DNA of 64,000 nt from an uncultured delta proteobacterium (GCA_963793865.1 CAWCBP010000008.1:320001-384000); one strand, 5' to 3'; shown: positions 39,227 through 49,299, counted from the stretch's first letter. Made by a program: numbers and translations. The notes: generated by a model from the sequence alone, not told the origin.

Positions 39227-40795
39227 TTACTTTCTTTTGCGGACCAGCAAAATACCGGCGACGGCAATAAAAGCTGCCAGTGCAATCAGGGTACCGGGGA
39301 AAAAGGGGCTTCCGGACTTGGCGGTCCCGCCCTCAACAGCGCCGCCGTCTGCCGGGCCGGCCGGGGAAAATGCATCGCCCGGTGCCACGGTTACCAGCGC
39401 ATCGCTGCTGAGATTATCCCTGCTGTCTTTTATCATAATAATGTCGAGCGATTCCTCATTGGTCCTGTTGATGCCGGCTGTATATAAGCCCGCCCCGGTA
39501 ATGGTTGAACCGATTTTACTGCTCACTTTCCATTGGTATGCACCCTCGGCGCAGGTTTTGCCGACTTTTTTTGCAGTGAAGGTTATGACATTTCCGGGAG
39601 AGATTTCCGCCGAAGAGGGGGTCAGCAGCAACGCACAACCTTCAGAAGGTTCCTTTATGCCTTCTATGGTTATGGTTGCCGTCGCGCTCATGCTCTTATT
39701 TGAGGTGTCTGTTACACGGATGGTTTCCTGAACCGGCGAGCCGGAGGCGTTGATGCCCGCAGTAAATATCCCGTCCGCATCGATGGTGCTTCCGATGCCG
39801 CTTGGCGGAAATATCTCCCACCTGTACTTTCCCGTTACCTCTCTGCCTCCCGCGATGGTTTGAGCATCGAGCGCCAGTATTCCTTTGGAATTGATTACCG
39901 ACAGGGACGGTGAGATGATCAGCCGGGATTCCTCGCTTGCGGAGTCGCTTTTTGTCCCGGATGCCCCGGCGGAACGTGTATCGCTCTCCCGGGAGGCGGC
40001 GCTGCTTTTGCTGCCGGCAGTCCGGTTGCGGGAAGAGCCTCCGGTCGAGGTAAAGGTGTCAGTCTCAGGGGAGGCTTCCTGCACGCTGGTGGTCAATCCC
40101 CCCATGGGGGTTCTTAAGCCTGCCTGTGGATTTGCCGCGGCATTCGTGGAGTTGGTGGCGGGGGTTCCGGCCGCGGGTTCGTCCCCCGCGGTTTCAGGGC
40201 TTTCCGTGTTACCGGTATCGCCGGAGCGAGGGGTGGTGGTTGTGTCATCGCCGCTGCCGCCGCTGATGCAAAACTCACCACGTTCCGGCATGACAGTTAA
40301 TCCCCTCGAATTTAGAACTCCCGGGATTTCTGGACGTGCGACTTTTGCGAGCCTTGGATTGAGCGAGATGCAGCCGGAGGGTGCATTTTCTGAAACTTCG
40401 TAAGTGATTCGGGCGATTGGTCCATTGCCAGGTGCAATGGTATCCCCGAATCCCATAAGCGATATATCAGCGCATCCGGGAGCCTGCCGGCATGCAGCGA
40501 TCTTTGCATCGGTTCTGCACTCGTTCACGTAACAGGAAAGGCTGGAAGCGCGGCCCGTAGACGCGCAGCTTTTGACGGACAGATAATTGCCTTCATCACA
40601 AATATAGACATGCACCCCCGTCACGATGTCAGATGCATTGTCGAGCGTAAGCGTTATGGAACCGTTTTCTGAACCGGCCTCCGCCGAGCCGTTTCCGATG
40701 TCAAGAATGACATCTTCGGCGTATGCCCCCGGGCAAAAACAAAGGGCTGCCAGCAGACCAAGCAGTGATACAAGGGAGGGATTCTTAGATAGCAT
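39227..40795 (-). CDS. Surface protein: cohesin-like (class B) + S/T/A-rich linker + two Ig-like repeats + C-terminal TM anchor with basic tail
   Basis: Signal peptide, ITLTLDN...ICDEGNYL, IGSTI...G..TAG twice, and the ending SPFFPGTLIALAAFIAVAGILLVRKRK. Confidence 0.75.
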   Translation of the reverse strand: MLSKNPSLVSLLGLLAALCFCPGAYAEDVILDIGNGSAEAGSENGSITLTLDNASDIVTGVHVYICDEGNYLSVKSCASTGRASSLSCYVNECRTDAKIAACRQAPGCADISLMGFGDTIAPGNGPIARITYEVSENAPSGCISLNPRLAKVARPEIPGVLNSRGLTVMPERGEFCISGGSGDDTTTTPRSGDTGNTESPETAGDEPAAGTPATNSTNAAANPQAGLRTPMGGLTTSVQEASPETDTFTSTGGSSRNRTAGSKSSAASRESDTRSAGASGTKSDSASEESRLIISPSLSVINSKGILALDAQTIAGGREVTGKYRWEIFPPSGIGSTIDADGIFTAGINASGSPVQETIRVTDTSNKSMSATATITIEGIKEPSEGCALLLTPSSAEISPGNVITFTAKKVGKTCAEGAYQWKVSSKIGSTITGAGLYTAGINRTNEESLDIIMIKDSRDNLSSDALVTVAPGDAFSPAGPADGGAVEGGTAKSGSPFFPGTLIALAAFIAVAGILLVRKRK

Positions 40796-41007
40796 GGTGT
40801 GTTATCTCTCCAAGACTGAAAAAATGCCCCATGACGGGTAAAATAAGCTGACCAGGTAATAATCAATTATTTGCATGAGTGTCAACTATAGTCCCCGATT
40901 TCTATCTATTGCCTTTCGAACGATTATAGATGAATCAACCCATGTCCGGCAAATCATATTTAGTGAACGTTTCGGTATATTAATAAGTTTTATTTACATG
41001 TATCTTT

Positions 41008-42993
41008 TTAATAAGTTGGCGGGAGGTTACTCCCCGCCTGATTTTTCTTCAGCAACTCCAAAAGATCCCGGGGTATGGTGTGCCCGAGTTTTTGTATCGT
41101 TTCACATTCCTGTGCGGCTCGTGAATAATTACCCTGCAGGCAGTGAACATAAGCAAGATTAATATGTCCGGTGACCAGGGCTGGATTAATAGCCAGTCCT
41201 TTTGTAAGGTATACGAGTGCCTGATCAAAACTGTTTGTATTGAGATAGGCGGCACCGAGGTTGATGAGTGTTTCGGCGTGGAGCGGCTTTATTAAAAGCA
41301 CCTTTTGATAGGCGGCAATGGCATCTTCATAACTGCCCTTGTTTAAAAAGGCATTGCCGAGGTTATAGCGAGCCTCAATATATCTGGGGCTGATGGACAA
41401 AGCCTTTGCGTATGCCGCTATGGCGCTTTCGAGCCTGTCTTCCTTGGCATAAACGATGCCCAGGTTGTTGAGCGTCTTGGGATGATTGGGCTGCAGGGCC
41501 AGTGCCTGCTCATACACGGTGGCCGCGTCTTTTAATCTCCCCTGCCTGGTATAGGCCGCCCCCAGGTTATTATATCCTTCCAGATGCTCGGGGTTGATGC
41601 TCAGGGCTTTTTTAAAGTATTCCTCGCCCCGGGCCGGATTTCCCTCCTGGGTGACAATGATGCCGAGATTGTTATACGCCATCCAGGATCGGGGATTTTT
41701 TTTGAGCGTGTCCATCCACAGCGCGGTTGAGTCGCGATAGGCATATGACTGCTGCCAGGTTAATATCCCCAGCATGAGCAGGACGATAATCCCGATGCAT
41801 GTTTCCGCGTTTCGCAATCGCGCTGCCGCGCGGCTGCTTACCGTGCCTGTCCATGCGTCGAATTGCCGCCGTATGCCGCCCACAAACACCGCGATCAGTC
41901 CCAGGCTGGCAAGGTACTGGTAATGATCGGCAACGAATGAGTAGCGCATGGTGTAGTAATTGATGAACCCCAGCATGGGGGCCAGGGTTATGGCGAACAC
42001 GCACACGCCGGTCAACGGTCCGCGCCCCCATCTGTTTCTCATGTGCCACAGGACAAAGAGAAGCAGCACCAGCGCGAGGTGCCATCCGTACTGTTCCAAC
42101 GCAAAGGGATCCAGCGTCCACTGGGGGTAGGAAAAGGTGAGATTCACCGGCCAGAGCAGCTTGAGCATATAAAAGCACAGGGCCCGGCCTGAAAGAAGCA
42201 CGCGCTGGAAAAATGAAAAACTGAAGTCTTCTCCTATCGTTCCCTGATGATTAGCTTCCCACCAGCTTGAGAGCAGGCCCATTGCCAAACCGGCTGCCAT
42301 GAAGGGAACAAGCAGGCTTACCTCTCTCCGGGTTATGCGGCCTCTCCTCCACCAGCCCAGCAGGAGTATGACCAGCGGCAAGGTCAGGATCACCGTCTTG
42401 CTCAGGAGCCCCAGGGCAAAAAGAACGAAAGCCTGGATATACCAACGCCAGTGCCGGTTCTCCTCATAGCGCAGGTAACTCATCAACGCCAGCAGGCAGA
42501 ACATTCCCGATAAGGTGTTCTTCAGCTCCGTAACCCATGCCACCGACTCCACATGCACCGGATGAAGCGCAAAGATTGCGGCAGCCATCCAGGCCCCCTG
42601 CAGCTTGAGCCGGGTGAAGAGCAGGAAAACAAGCATGGCATTGAGGGCGTGCAGCGCTATGTTGACCAGGTGATATCCCGCGGGATTGAGATCCCACAGC
42701 CGGTGCTGAATCAGGAGCACGGTATAGGTGAGGGGGAAGTATTGAGAAGGGCTCTCGGTGGTGAACCAGATGCGCCGCAGCCCATCGGGGGCGGTTAACA
42801 GGTGGTTTTCAGTAACGTAGAGATCATCATCCCAGATGAAACCGGCGTGCGTTGCCGGATAATAAGCGATGCAGGCAATAATAAAGAGCACGATGAGCGG
42901 GCGCCAATCCCATCTCTTGCCGGGAATAACAGCACGCGGTGTTTGCGGTGCAGGTCTATCAGCCCCTGCTTGTTTTTTAGATTTCTTTCCCAT
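41008..42993 (-). CDS. TMTC-like GT-C membrane glycosyltransferase with TPRs
   Basis: FIWDD, QYFP, FALHPVHVESVAWVTE and ADHYQYL, then a TPR array. Confidence 0.85.
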   Translation of the reverse strand: MGKKSKKQAGADRPAPQTPRAVIPGKRWDWRPLIVLFIIACIAYYPATHAGFIWDDDLYVTENHLLTAPDGLRRIWFTTESPSQYFPLTYTVLLIQHRLWDLNPAGYHLVNIALHALNAMLVFLLFTRLKLQGAWMAAAIFALHPVHVESVAWVTELKNTLSGMFCLLALMSYLRYEENRHWRWYIQAFVLFALGLLSKTVILTLPLVILLLGWWRRGRITRREVSLLVPFMAAGLAMGLLSSWWEANHQGTIGEDFSFSFFQRVLLSGRALCFYMLKLLWPVNLTFSYPQWTLDPFALEQYGWHLALVLLLFVLWHMRNRWGRGPLTGVCVFAITLAPMLGFINYYTMRYSFVADHYQYLASLGLIAVFVGGIRRQFDAWTGTVSSRAAARLRNAETCIGIIVLLMLGILTWQQSYAYRDSTALWMDTLKKNPRSWMAYNNLGIIVTQEGNPARGEEYFKKALSINPEHLEGYNNLGAAYTRQGRLKDAATVYEQALALQPNHPKTLNNLGIVYAKEDRLESAIAAYAKALSISPRYIEARYNLGNAFLNKGSYEDAIAAYQKVLLIKPLHAETLINLGAAYLNTNSFDQALVYLTKGLAINPALVTGHINLAYVHCLQGNYSRAAQECETIQKLGHTIPRDLLELLKKNQAGSNLPPTY

Positions 42994-43241
42994 ATGAAAA
43001 AAAGCTTTTAGAGTGTCCTGCAGTGCCGGAGATGGCGTCACGGTAAACTTCAGACGCTTCTCAATTGTATCGCAGTCTGTTCTTGTGAATCAATGGATTT
43101 TTTTAAAACATCGCCGGGGCGCAACTTCCTGCAAAGGCTTGTCTGTCATGCGTTTTTATGCTACAATCTACAGCCATTGTTGAATCTGAAACAGCGTGTT
43201 GAAAAAGTGCTCAGGAGAACAGGTTTGATCGAAGCCAACAT

Positions 43242-45371
43242 ATGAATTCATCAAGAGTTGCACGTTTAAGCATAACTGCAGCCGCGCTGCTTCTTGTCCT
43301 TGTGCCCCTGAGGGCACATGCCTATATCGGGCCGGGGGCGGGCTTTGCGGTTGCCGGTTCATTCCTGGTCATGTTCGCGGCGATGGTATCGGCCCTGTTT
43401 CTTATGCTGACCTGGCCGGTCCGCTACGTGGTGAGGGCCATACGTTTCAGAAGGGTTTTTGCCCGCAGCCGGGTCAAGAAAGTGGTGGTGCTGGGGCTCG
43501 ACGGCCTCGATTATGCGCTGACCGGAAAGTGGATTGCCGAGGGCAAGCTTCCCAACTTTGCAAAGCTGCGCGATCAGGGCTGTTTCAAACCCCTTGCCTC
43601 AACCGTTCCGCCCATTTCCCCGGTTGCCTGGTCATCCTTTCAGACCGGCACCAACCCGGGGAAGCACAACATCTTCGATTTCCTCACCCGCGACCGGAGA
43701 ACCTATGCGGCAAAGCTGAGCTCTACAGCCATCAGGGAATCGTCACGCGCGATCAGCCTCGGGAAATATCGCATCCCGTTGGGATCGGCCGACATACGCC
43801 TGCTGCGCAAAGGGCTTCCCTTCTGGAAAATTCTCGGCGATCAGGGGATATTCAGCAGCGTCATTCGCGTTCCCATCACCTTTCCTCCTGAAAAGTTTTA
43901 CGGCATCCAGCTCTCGGCCATGTGCGTGCCCGACCTGCGCGGCACCCAGGGAATGTTTTCATATTATACAACCGAGCCGGGCGGGAACGGCCGCAGCACC
44001 GCGGGCGAAAATTTTCAGGTGCAGAAAAACGGCAACACGGTGAAGGGAGAGCTGGTGGGACCCAAAAATCCCATGCTGCAGGCGGGCGGGCTGCTCACCT
44101 GCCCCTTTGCGGTCACGCTTAACGGTGATGAGGTTGCCACCCTCAGAATCAGCGGGAAGACGGTGAGGCTCAGGGCGGGCGAGTACTCTGACTGGATAAA
44201 GGTTGTTTTTAAGGCCCCGCTCGGTGTCAGGATAGCGGGGATCTGCAGGTTCCTGCTGAAGAGCACCGCCCCGGAGTTCAAATTGTATGTTACTCCCATT
44301 AATATCGACCCGGAAAAGCCGGCGATGCCCATCAGCCATCCCCCGGTGTATGCCACCTATCTTTCCAAGCGGCAGGGTCCCTACGCCACGCTCGGGCTTG
44401 CCGAAGACTCGTGGGCGCTGAACGAGAAACTGATAAGCGATGACGATTTTCTGGAGCAGTGCCTGCAGCACGACGGCGAACGGGAGAGGATGTTTTTTGA
44501 TTCCCTGGACAATATACGGCGGGGGCTGTGCGTCTGCGTTTTTGACGGGACGGACCGGGTTCAGCACACCTTCTGGCGGCAGCTGGACAGGGATCATCCC
44601 GCTCACGAGGACAAGGGCTCAGCACCGGAACATTCGGCCATTGAGGAAATATACAAGCGTGCCGATGCGCTGCTTGGCAGGACCCTTGATAAATGCAGGG
44701 ACAAGGACACCCTGCTCATGGTCATTTCCGATCACGGGTTCAGTTCATTCCGTTACGGCGTTGACCTGAATCGCTGGCTTGAGGAAAACGGCTATCTGAA
44801 GTTGAAAGAGGGAGGCGGTGACAAAGAGAATCTTGCTGCGGTCGACTGGTCACAAACCCGGGCCTATGCCATCGGCCTTGCAGGACTCTACCTGAACCTC
44901 AAGGGGCGAGAAGGGCAGGGCATCGTCGATCCCCGGACCGAGGCGCCGGCGCTGCGGGATGAAATAGCGCGGAAGCTGCTCAGCCTCAGGGACCCCATAC
45001 GGAACCAGCCCGCGGTAAAGGGTGTTTATAACGCCTGGACGGTATACAGCGGGCCTTACCGGGAGGATGCCCCGGACCTGATCGTCGGCTATCATGCGGG
45101 CTATCGCGCCTCGTGGGAAACAGCGGTGGGAAAGGTGACCGGCGGCATTTTCCACGACAATGTGAAGGCCTGGAGCGGGGATCACTGCATTGACCGGTCA
45201 CTGGTTCCCGGCGTGCTTTTCTGCAACCGCAGGATTGCTGATGAGCACCCGAGGCTCATGGACATCGGCCCCACCGTGCTCGATCTGTTTGGTGTAAAGG
45301 TACCCGCCCACATGGACGGCAAACCGCTCGCCGTGGCCATCGGCGGAAAGGACGCCCCGTCGGCGGCATAG
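43242..45371 (+). CDS. Alkaline phosphatase-superfamily (nucleotide pyrophosphatase/phosphodiesterase-like) protein, membrane-anchored
   Basis: VVVLGLDGLD, STVPPISPVAW, GKHNIFDF, VISDHGF and SGDH. The N-terminus has AHAYIGPGAG plus a TM helix. Confidence 0.85.
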   Translation: MNSSRVARLSITAAALLLVLVPLRAHAYIGPGAGFAVAGSFLVMFAAMVSALFLMLTWPVRYVVRAIRFRRVFARSRVKKVVVLGLDGLDYALTGKWIAEGKLPNFAKLRDQGCFKPLASTVPPISPVAWSSFQTGTNPGKHNIFDFLTRDRRTYAAKLSSTAIRESSRAISLGKYRIPLGSADIRLLRKGLPFWKILGDQGIFSSVIRVPITFPPEKFYGIQLSAMCVPDLRGTQGMFSYYTTEPGGNGRSTAGENFQVQKNGNTVKGELVGPKNPMLQAGGLLTCPFAVTLNGDEVATLRISGKTVRLRAGEYSDWIKVVFKAPLGVRIAGICRFLLKSTAPEFKLYVTPINIDPEKPAMPISHPPVYATYLSKRQGPYATLGLAEDSWALNEKLISDDDFLEQCLQHDGERERMFFDSLDNIRRGLCVCVFDGTDRVQHTFWRQLDRDHPAHEDKGSAPEHSAIEEIYKRADALLGRTLDKCRDKDTLLMVISDHGFSSFRYGVDLNRWLEENGYLKLKEGGGDKENLAAVDWSQTRAYAIGLAGLYLNLKGREGQGIVDPRTEAPALRDEIARKLLSLRDPIRNQPAVKGVYNAWTVYSGPYREDAPDLIVGYHAGYRASWETAVGKVTGGIFHDNVKAWSGDHCIDRSLVPGVLFCNRRIADEHPRLMDIGPTVLDLFGVKVPAHMDGKPLAVAIGGKDAPSAA

Positions 45372-45398
45372 AGGCCGGGTGCCGGAGGCATAGCGTAT

Positions 45399-47426
45399 AT
45401 GAAAAATATCAGCAGAAGAAATTTCATCAAGCGGTCCGCATGTGCCGCCGCCGCACTGGCAACGGGCATGGGCGTCGCCCCGGCATTTGCCGTCAGGAAA
45501 GGACGGGCAAACGCAGCGGGGAAACAAGTCATCGTGATCGGTTTTGACGGCATGGATCCCGGGCTGGCCCGGCAATTGATGAACGCCGGCAGGCTGCCCA
45601 ACCTGGAGCGCTTGCGAAGGCAGAACGGATACCGCGTGCTCGGGACCAGCATCCCTCCGCAGAGCCCCGTGGCCTGGGCCAACTTCATCAACGGCGCCGG
45701 GCCCGGTTCCCACGGCATCTTCGACTTTATCCACCGTGATCCTGAGCGGCAGGCCTATCCGTTTTTCGCCGCCGCTGAAACGGTACCGGGCGAGGGCTAT
45801 CTTGAATGGGGCGAGCATAAACTGCAGCTCGACTTCTGGCCCTTCAATCATAAGCCGGCCAGAACCGTGCTGCAGAGACAGGGGACTCCCTTCTGGGATT
45901 ATCTTGACCGGGAGGGAATTCCCTCCACCTTTTATGACCTGCCCTCGAACTATCCGCCCAGCCCTTCGCGCTACGGCAACCATCGATGCCTCTCCGGCAT
46001 GGGGACGCCCGACCTGCAGGGAAGCTATGGGACCTACCAGCACTTTGCCGAGGACGGGCCCGCGCAGACCCAATCCGAGGGGGGCGGAAAGCGGTCGAGA
46101 ATCCATTTTGAAGGTGATACCTCCCTTCCGCTGGCACTTCTGGGGCCGAGGAACACCCTGCTCAAGGATCCCCGGGATGCCGTCATCAATTTTACCCTTC
46201 ACCGAGACCGGGACGCGGGCGCCGCGGTGGTGGAGATCCAGAAGCACACCCTGGTTCTCAAACAGGGGGAGTGGAGTCCCTGGATACCCCTTGATTTCGG
46301 GCTTTCCACTCCGGCGATGCTGCCGGATAAACACGTGAGCGGCATCTGCCGCTTCTACCTGCAGGAAGTTTCCCCCTGCTGCCGGCTGTATGTGAGCCCC
46401 ATCAATATCAATCCCGCCAGCCCGGCGATCCGGATTACCGAGCCCGAAGAATTCTCTCAGGAAATGGCGCACCGCCTGGGCCTTTTCGCCACCACCGGAT
46501 TCCAGGAGGACCACAAGGCCCTGTCGAATAAAATTTTTACCGATGACGAGTTTGCCCGGCAGGCCGACCATGTGCTGCAGGAACGCATGAACCTGCTCGA
46601 TTATGCCTTGCGGAACTATGATGACGGACTGCTGTTTTTCTACTTCTCCAGCACCGACCTCCAGTCCCACATGTTCTGGTGGGACTGCGACGCGACGCAT
46701 CCCGTCCGGTCCCGGGAAGCGGCGATACACTACTTCGGGCAGCTGCAGGATCTCTATGCCCGGATGGACGCGGTGGTGGGTGATCTGCTCAAGCGCTACG
46801 GAGACAGGGCCCACATCATGGTCATGAGCGATCACGGCTTTTCCAATTTCGTGCGCCAGTTCAACCTGAACACCTGGCTGCGCGATAACGGCTATCTCGG
46901 CTCCCCCGACAGCACCTCCATCATGGACCGGGGCTTCGAATGGTCAAAAAGCCGCGCCTTCGGCCTGGGCATCAACAGCCTCTATCTCAATCTCAAGGGG
47001 CGGGAGCGTTACGGTACCGTGGAACCCGGCCCTGAGCGGGAGGGACTGCTGGAAGAGCTTGCGCGCAAGCTGGTGGCCGTCCGTGACCGCGACGGCAGGC
47101 AGGTCATCCGGGCGGTCCACCGGGCCGACAAAGTGTACGCGGGTACGGCCACGCGTTACGCCCCCGATTTGATTATCGGCTACAGCCGCGATTTCCGCGC
47201 TTCATGGAAAACGGTGCTCGGGGACATGACCGATGAGGTGATGCTCGATAATGAGTCGGCCTGGAGCGCCGACCACTGCATGGATGCGTCCGAAGTGCCC
47301 GGGGTGTTATTCAGCAACCGGCCCATCGCGGCGCCGAACCCCGCGCTTGCGGACCTGGCGCCCTCGATACTTACAGCGTTCGGTTTAGGGATACCATCGG
47401 ACATGACCGGCAGAAATATTTTTTAG
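45399..47426 (+). CDS. Tat-exported alkaline phosphatase-superfamily protein, paralog of the upstream gene
   Basis: SRRNFIK twin-arginine signal, IGFDGMD, TSIPPQSPVAW, MSDHGF and SADH. Confidence 0.85.
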   Translation: MKNISRRNFIKRSACAAAALATGMGVAPAFAVRKGRANAAGKQVIVIGFDGMDPGLARQLMNAGRLPNLERLRRQNGYRVLGTSIPPQSPVAWANFINGAGPGSHGIFDFIHRDPERQAYPFFAAAETVPGEGYLEWGEHKLQLDFWPFNHKPARTVLQRQGTPFWDYLDREGIPSTFYDLPSNYPPSPSRYGNHRCLSGMGTPDLQGSYGTYQHFAEDGPAQTQSEGGGKRSRIHFEGDTSLPLALLGPRNTLLKDPRDAVINFTLHRDRDAGAAVVEIQKHTLVLKQGEWSPWIPLDFGLSTPAMLPDKHVSGICRFYLQEVSPCCRLYVSPININPASPAIRITEPEEFSQEMAHRLGLFATTGFQEDHKALSNKIFTDDEFARQADHVLQERMNLLDYALRNYDDGLLFFYFSSTDLQSHMFWWDCDATHPVRSREAAIHYFGQLQDLYARMDAVVGDLLKRYGDRAHIMVMSDHGFSNFVRQFNLNTWLRDNGYLGSPDSTSIMDRGFEWSKSRAFGLGINSLYLNLKGRERYGTVEPGPEREGLLEELARKLVAVRDRDGRQVIRAVHRADKVYAGTATRYAPDLIIGYSRDFRASWKTVLGDMTDEVMLDNESAWSADHCMDASEVPGVLFSNRPIAAPNPALADLAPSILTAFGLGIPSDMTGRNIF

Positions 47427-47520
47427 CAGGCGGTTGAAAAACACCCATCTGCTTTGTGGCTCAAAGGGAGGGGCTTTTGACGCCACAACATTTCTACAAC
47501 CTTTTAGGGCGAGATGTTCA

Positions 47521-47709
47521 ATGGCCAAGATCAAGATTGATTCCAAGCTCTTTGACCGCGCGAAAGAAGCGGCGGAGAAGGCGGGATACGCCAGCACCGA
47601 AGAGTTTATCACCCACCTTATTGAGAAAGAGGTCGCGCGGCTGGAATCGCCGCCTGCCGGGGATGATGCCGTCGCGGACCAGCTTCGGGGCCTGGGATAT
47701 ATTGAATGA
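47521..47709 (+). CDS. Small protein (ribbon-helix-helix-like N-part) ending in QLRGLGYIE
   Basis: 62 aa from the ATG at 47521. Its stop overlaps the next start (ATGA). Confidence 0.7.
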   Translation: MAKIKIDSKLFDRAKEAAEKAGYASTEEFITHLIEKEVARLESPPAGDDAVADQLRGLGYIE

Positions 47710-48551
47710 CTGAACTTTTGCTGCGGACGCTGACGGGGATAAACACGGTCACCAATGCTCTCGGCGATATGCTGCAGGCGCCGGTTGCGACAATGCCGGG
47801 GTGGCTTTCCATCACCATCCTGTCCGCGGCGGTCGGGGTGCTTGCCCTGATTATTTTCAAATACACCTCCAATCAGAAGGCGATCGGCCGCGTCAGGGAC
47901 GACATCAAGGCCAACCTCCTGGCCGTCAAGCTCTTCAGGGACAATTTCTCCGTGGCCTTCCGGTCGCAGGCACGGGTCATGGCTGCCGCCGTAAAGCTGC
48001 TGGTTTATTCCCTGGTGCCGATGCTGGTTATCATCCTGCCGGTGTGCCTGGTGCTTGCCCAGATGGGTTCGTGGTATCAGGTCCGCCCTGTGCGGCCGGG
48101 GGACGGGCAGGTCACGGTACAATTAAAAATGAACCATCGCGCCGGCACCCTCCCGCAGGTTTCGCTTGACCCCCTCCCCGGTATCCGCCTCCTCACCGGG
48201 CCGGTTCGGGTCCCCAGCAGGGATGAGATTTATTTCAGGCTTCAGCCGCTGGAGTACGGGAACCACACCCTCGTTTTTCATATCGGAGACGCCCGGTATG
48301 AAAAGCAGCTGGCCGTCGGCGAAGGCTTCATGCGGGTAAGCCCCAGGCGGCCGGGCGCAAACCCGGGGGATGTTTTGCTGTATCCCATGGAAAAACCGTT
48401 CTCTTCCGGCGATCACGTTGGGTCGATCAGCATTGCCTATCCGGCACGGGAATCGAAAATTTTTGGAACCGACTGGTGGATTGTCTATTTTTTTCTGGCC
48501 TCCATGGCATTCGCCATGCTCTGTAAACCTTTTCTGAAAGTGAGGATATAA
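47706..48551 (+). CDS. Membrane protein of unknown function
   Basis: Three hydrophobic segments; translationally coupled within the operon. Confidence 0.75.
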   Translation: MTELLLRTLTGINTVTNALGDMLQAPVATMPGWLSITILSAAVGVLALIIFKYTSNQKAIGRVRDDIKANLLAVKLFRDNFSVAFRSQARVMAAAVKLLVYSLVPMLVIILPVCLVLAQMGSWYQVRPVRPGDGQVTVQLKMNHRAGTLPQVSLDPLPGIRLLTGPVRVPSRDEIYFRLQPLEYGNHTLVFHIGDARYEKQLAVGEGFMRVSPRRPGANPGDVLLYPMEKPFSSGDHVGSISIAYPARESKIFGTDWWIVYFFLASMAFAMLCKPFLKVRI

Positions 48552-48554
48552 GCA

Positions 48555-49130
48555 ATGGAGCAGAAGCCGTTTATTACCATTGTTTCGGGCCTTCCGCGCT
48601 CGGGGACATCCATGATGATGCAGGTGATTGAAGCCGGGGGCGTTCCCGCCCTCACCGATAACCTGCGCACCAGGGATGAGGACAACCCCCAGGGATATTA
48701 TGAATTCGAGCCGGTAAAGAAGACCAGGGAGGACCCATCCTGGGTCCCGGGGGCACGCGGAAAGGTGGTCAAGATGGTGTACCGCCTGCTGTATGATCTG
48801 CCCGGTGACCAGGAGTACCGCGTCATCTTCATGCGCAGGAACATCGATGAGGTCCTGACCTCGCAGAAAAAAATGCTTCAGCGCTCGGGCAAGCCGGGCG
48901 CGGCCATCAGCGATGAAAGATTGAAAGAGCTGTTTCTGGCCGAGCTGGACAAGTTCGATCGCTGGATAGCGGAACAAAAGAACTTCTCGATCATCGAGGT
49001 TGATTACAGCGACATGGTTGCCTCCCCCGGGACGCAGTGCAAGCGCATTAATGAATTTCTCGGAGGGGTCCTTGATAGTGACCGCGCGGCCGCGGCGGTG
49101 AATCCGTCCTTGTACCGCAACCGGAGCTGA
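48555..49130 (+). CDS. Sulfotransferase-family protein
   Basis: PAPS-binding-like SGLPRSGTSMMM and IFMRRN..EV..S. Confidence 0.8.
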   Translation: MEQKPFITIVSGLPRSGTSMMMQVIEAGGVPALTDNLRTRDEDNPQGYYEFEPVKKTREDPSWVPGARGKVVKMVYRLLYDLPGDQEYRVIFMRRNIDEVLTSQKKMLQRSGKPGAAISDERLKELFLAELDKFDRWIAEQKNFSIIEVDYSDMVASPGTQCKRINEFLGGVLDSDRAAAAVNPSLYRNRS

Positions 49131-49244
49131 TATTCCGGGGACACCATACGCAATGTGATGTTGCATGGAACGGAATGCTCTTTTTTATGCACTATTACGT
49201 ATGGTGTCCCCAAATGACTTGAAGGTAAAAGTCAACAGGTAAGC

Positions 49245-49276
49245 AAAGGGCCTGGCATTGAGCCGGGCCCTTTTTG
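49245..49276. terminator. Terminator between convergent operons
   Basis: AAAGGGCCTGGC-attga-GCCGGGCCCTTTTTT. Confidence 0.75.
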
Positions 49277-49299
49277 ATTCAATCGTCTCAATGCGGCGG

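Noticed and set aside
223..42993. True cellulosome
   Set aside because: No recognisable glycoside hydrolase, CBM3 or multi-cohesin scaffoldin. Each protein has only one cohesin-like domain.
45198..46835. Long antisense or overlapping ORFs (also 52924-54954, 48123-49166, 1838-2872 and others)
   Set aside because: These are shadows of well-supported genes on the opposite strand in GC-rich DNA, with no recognisable motifs.
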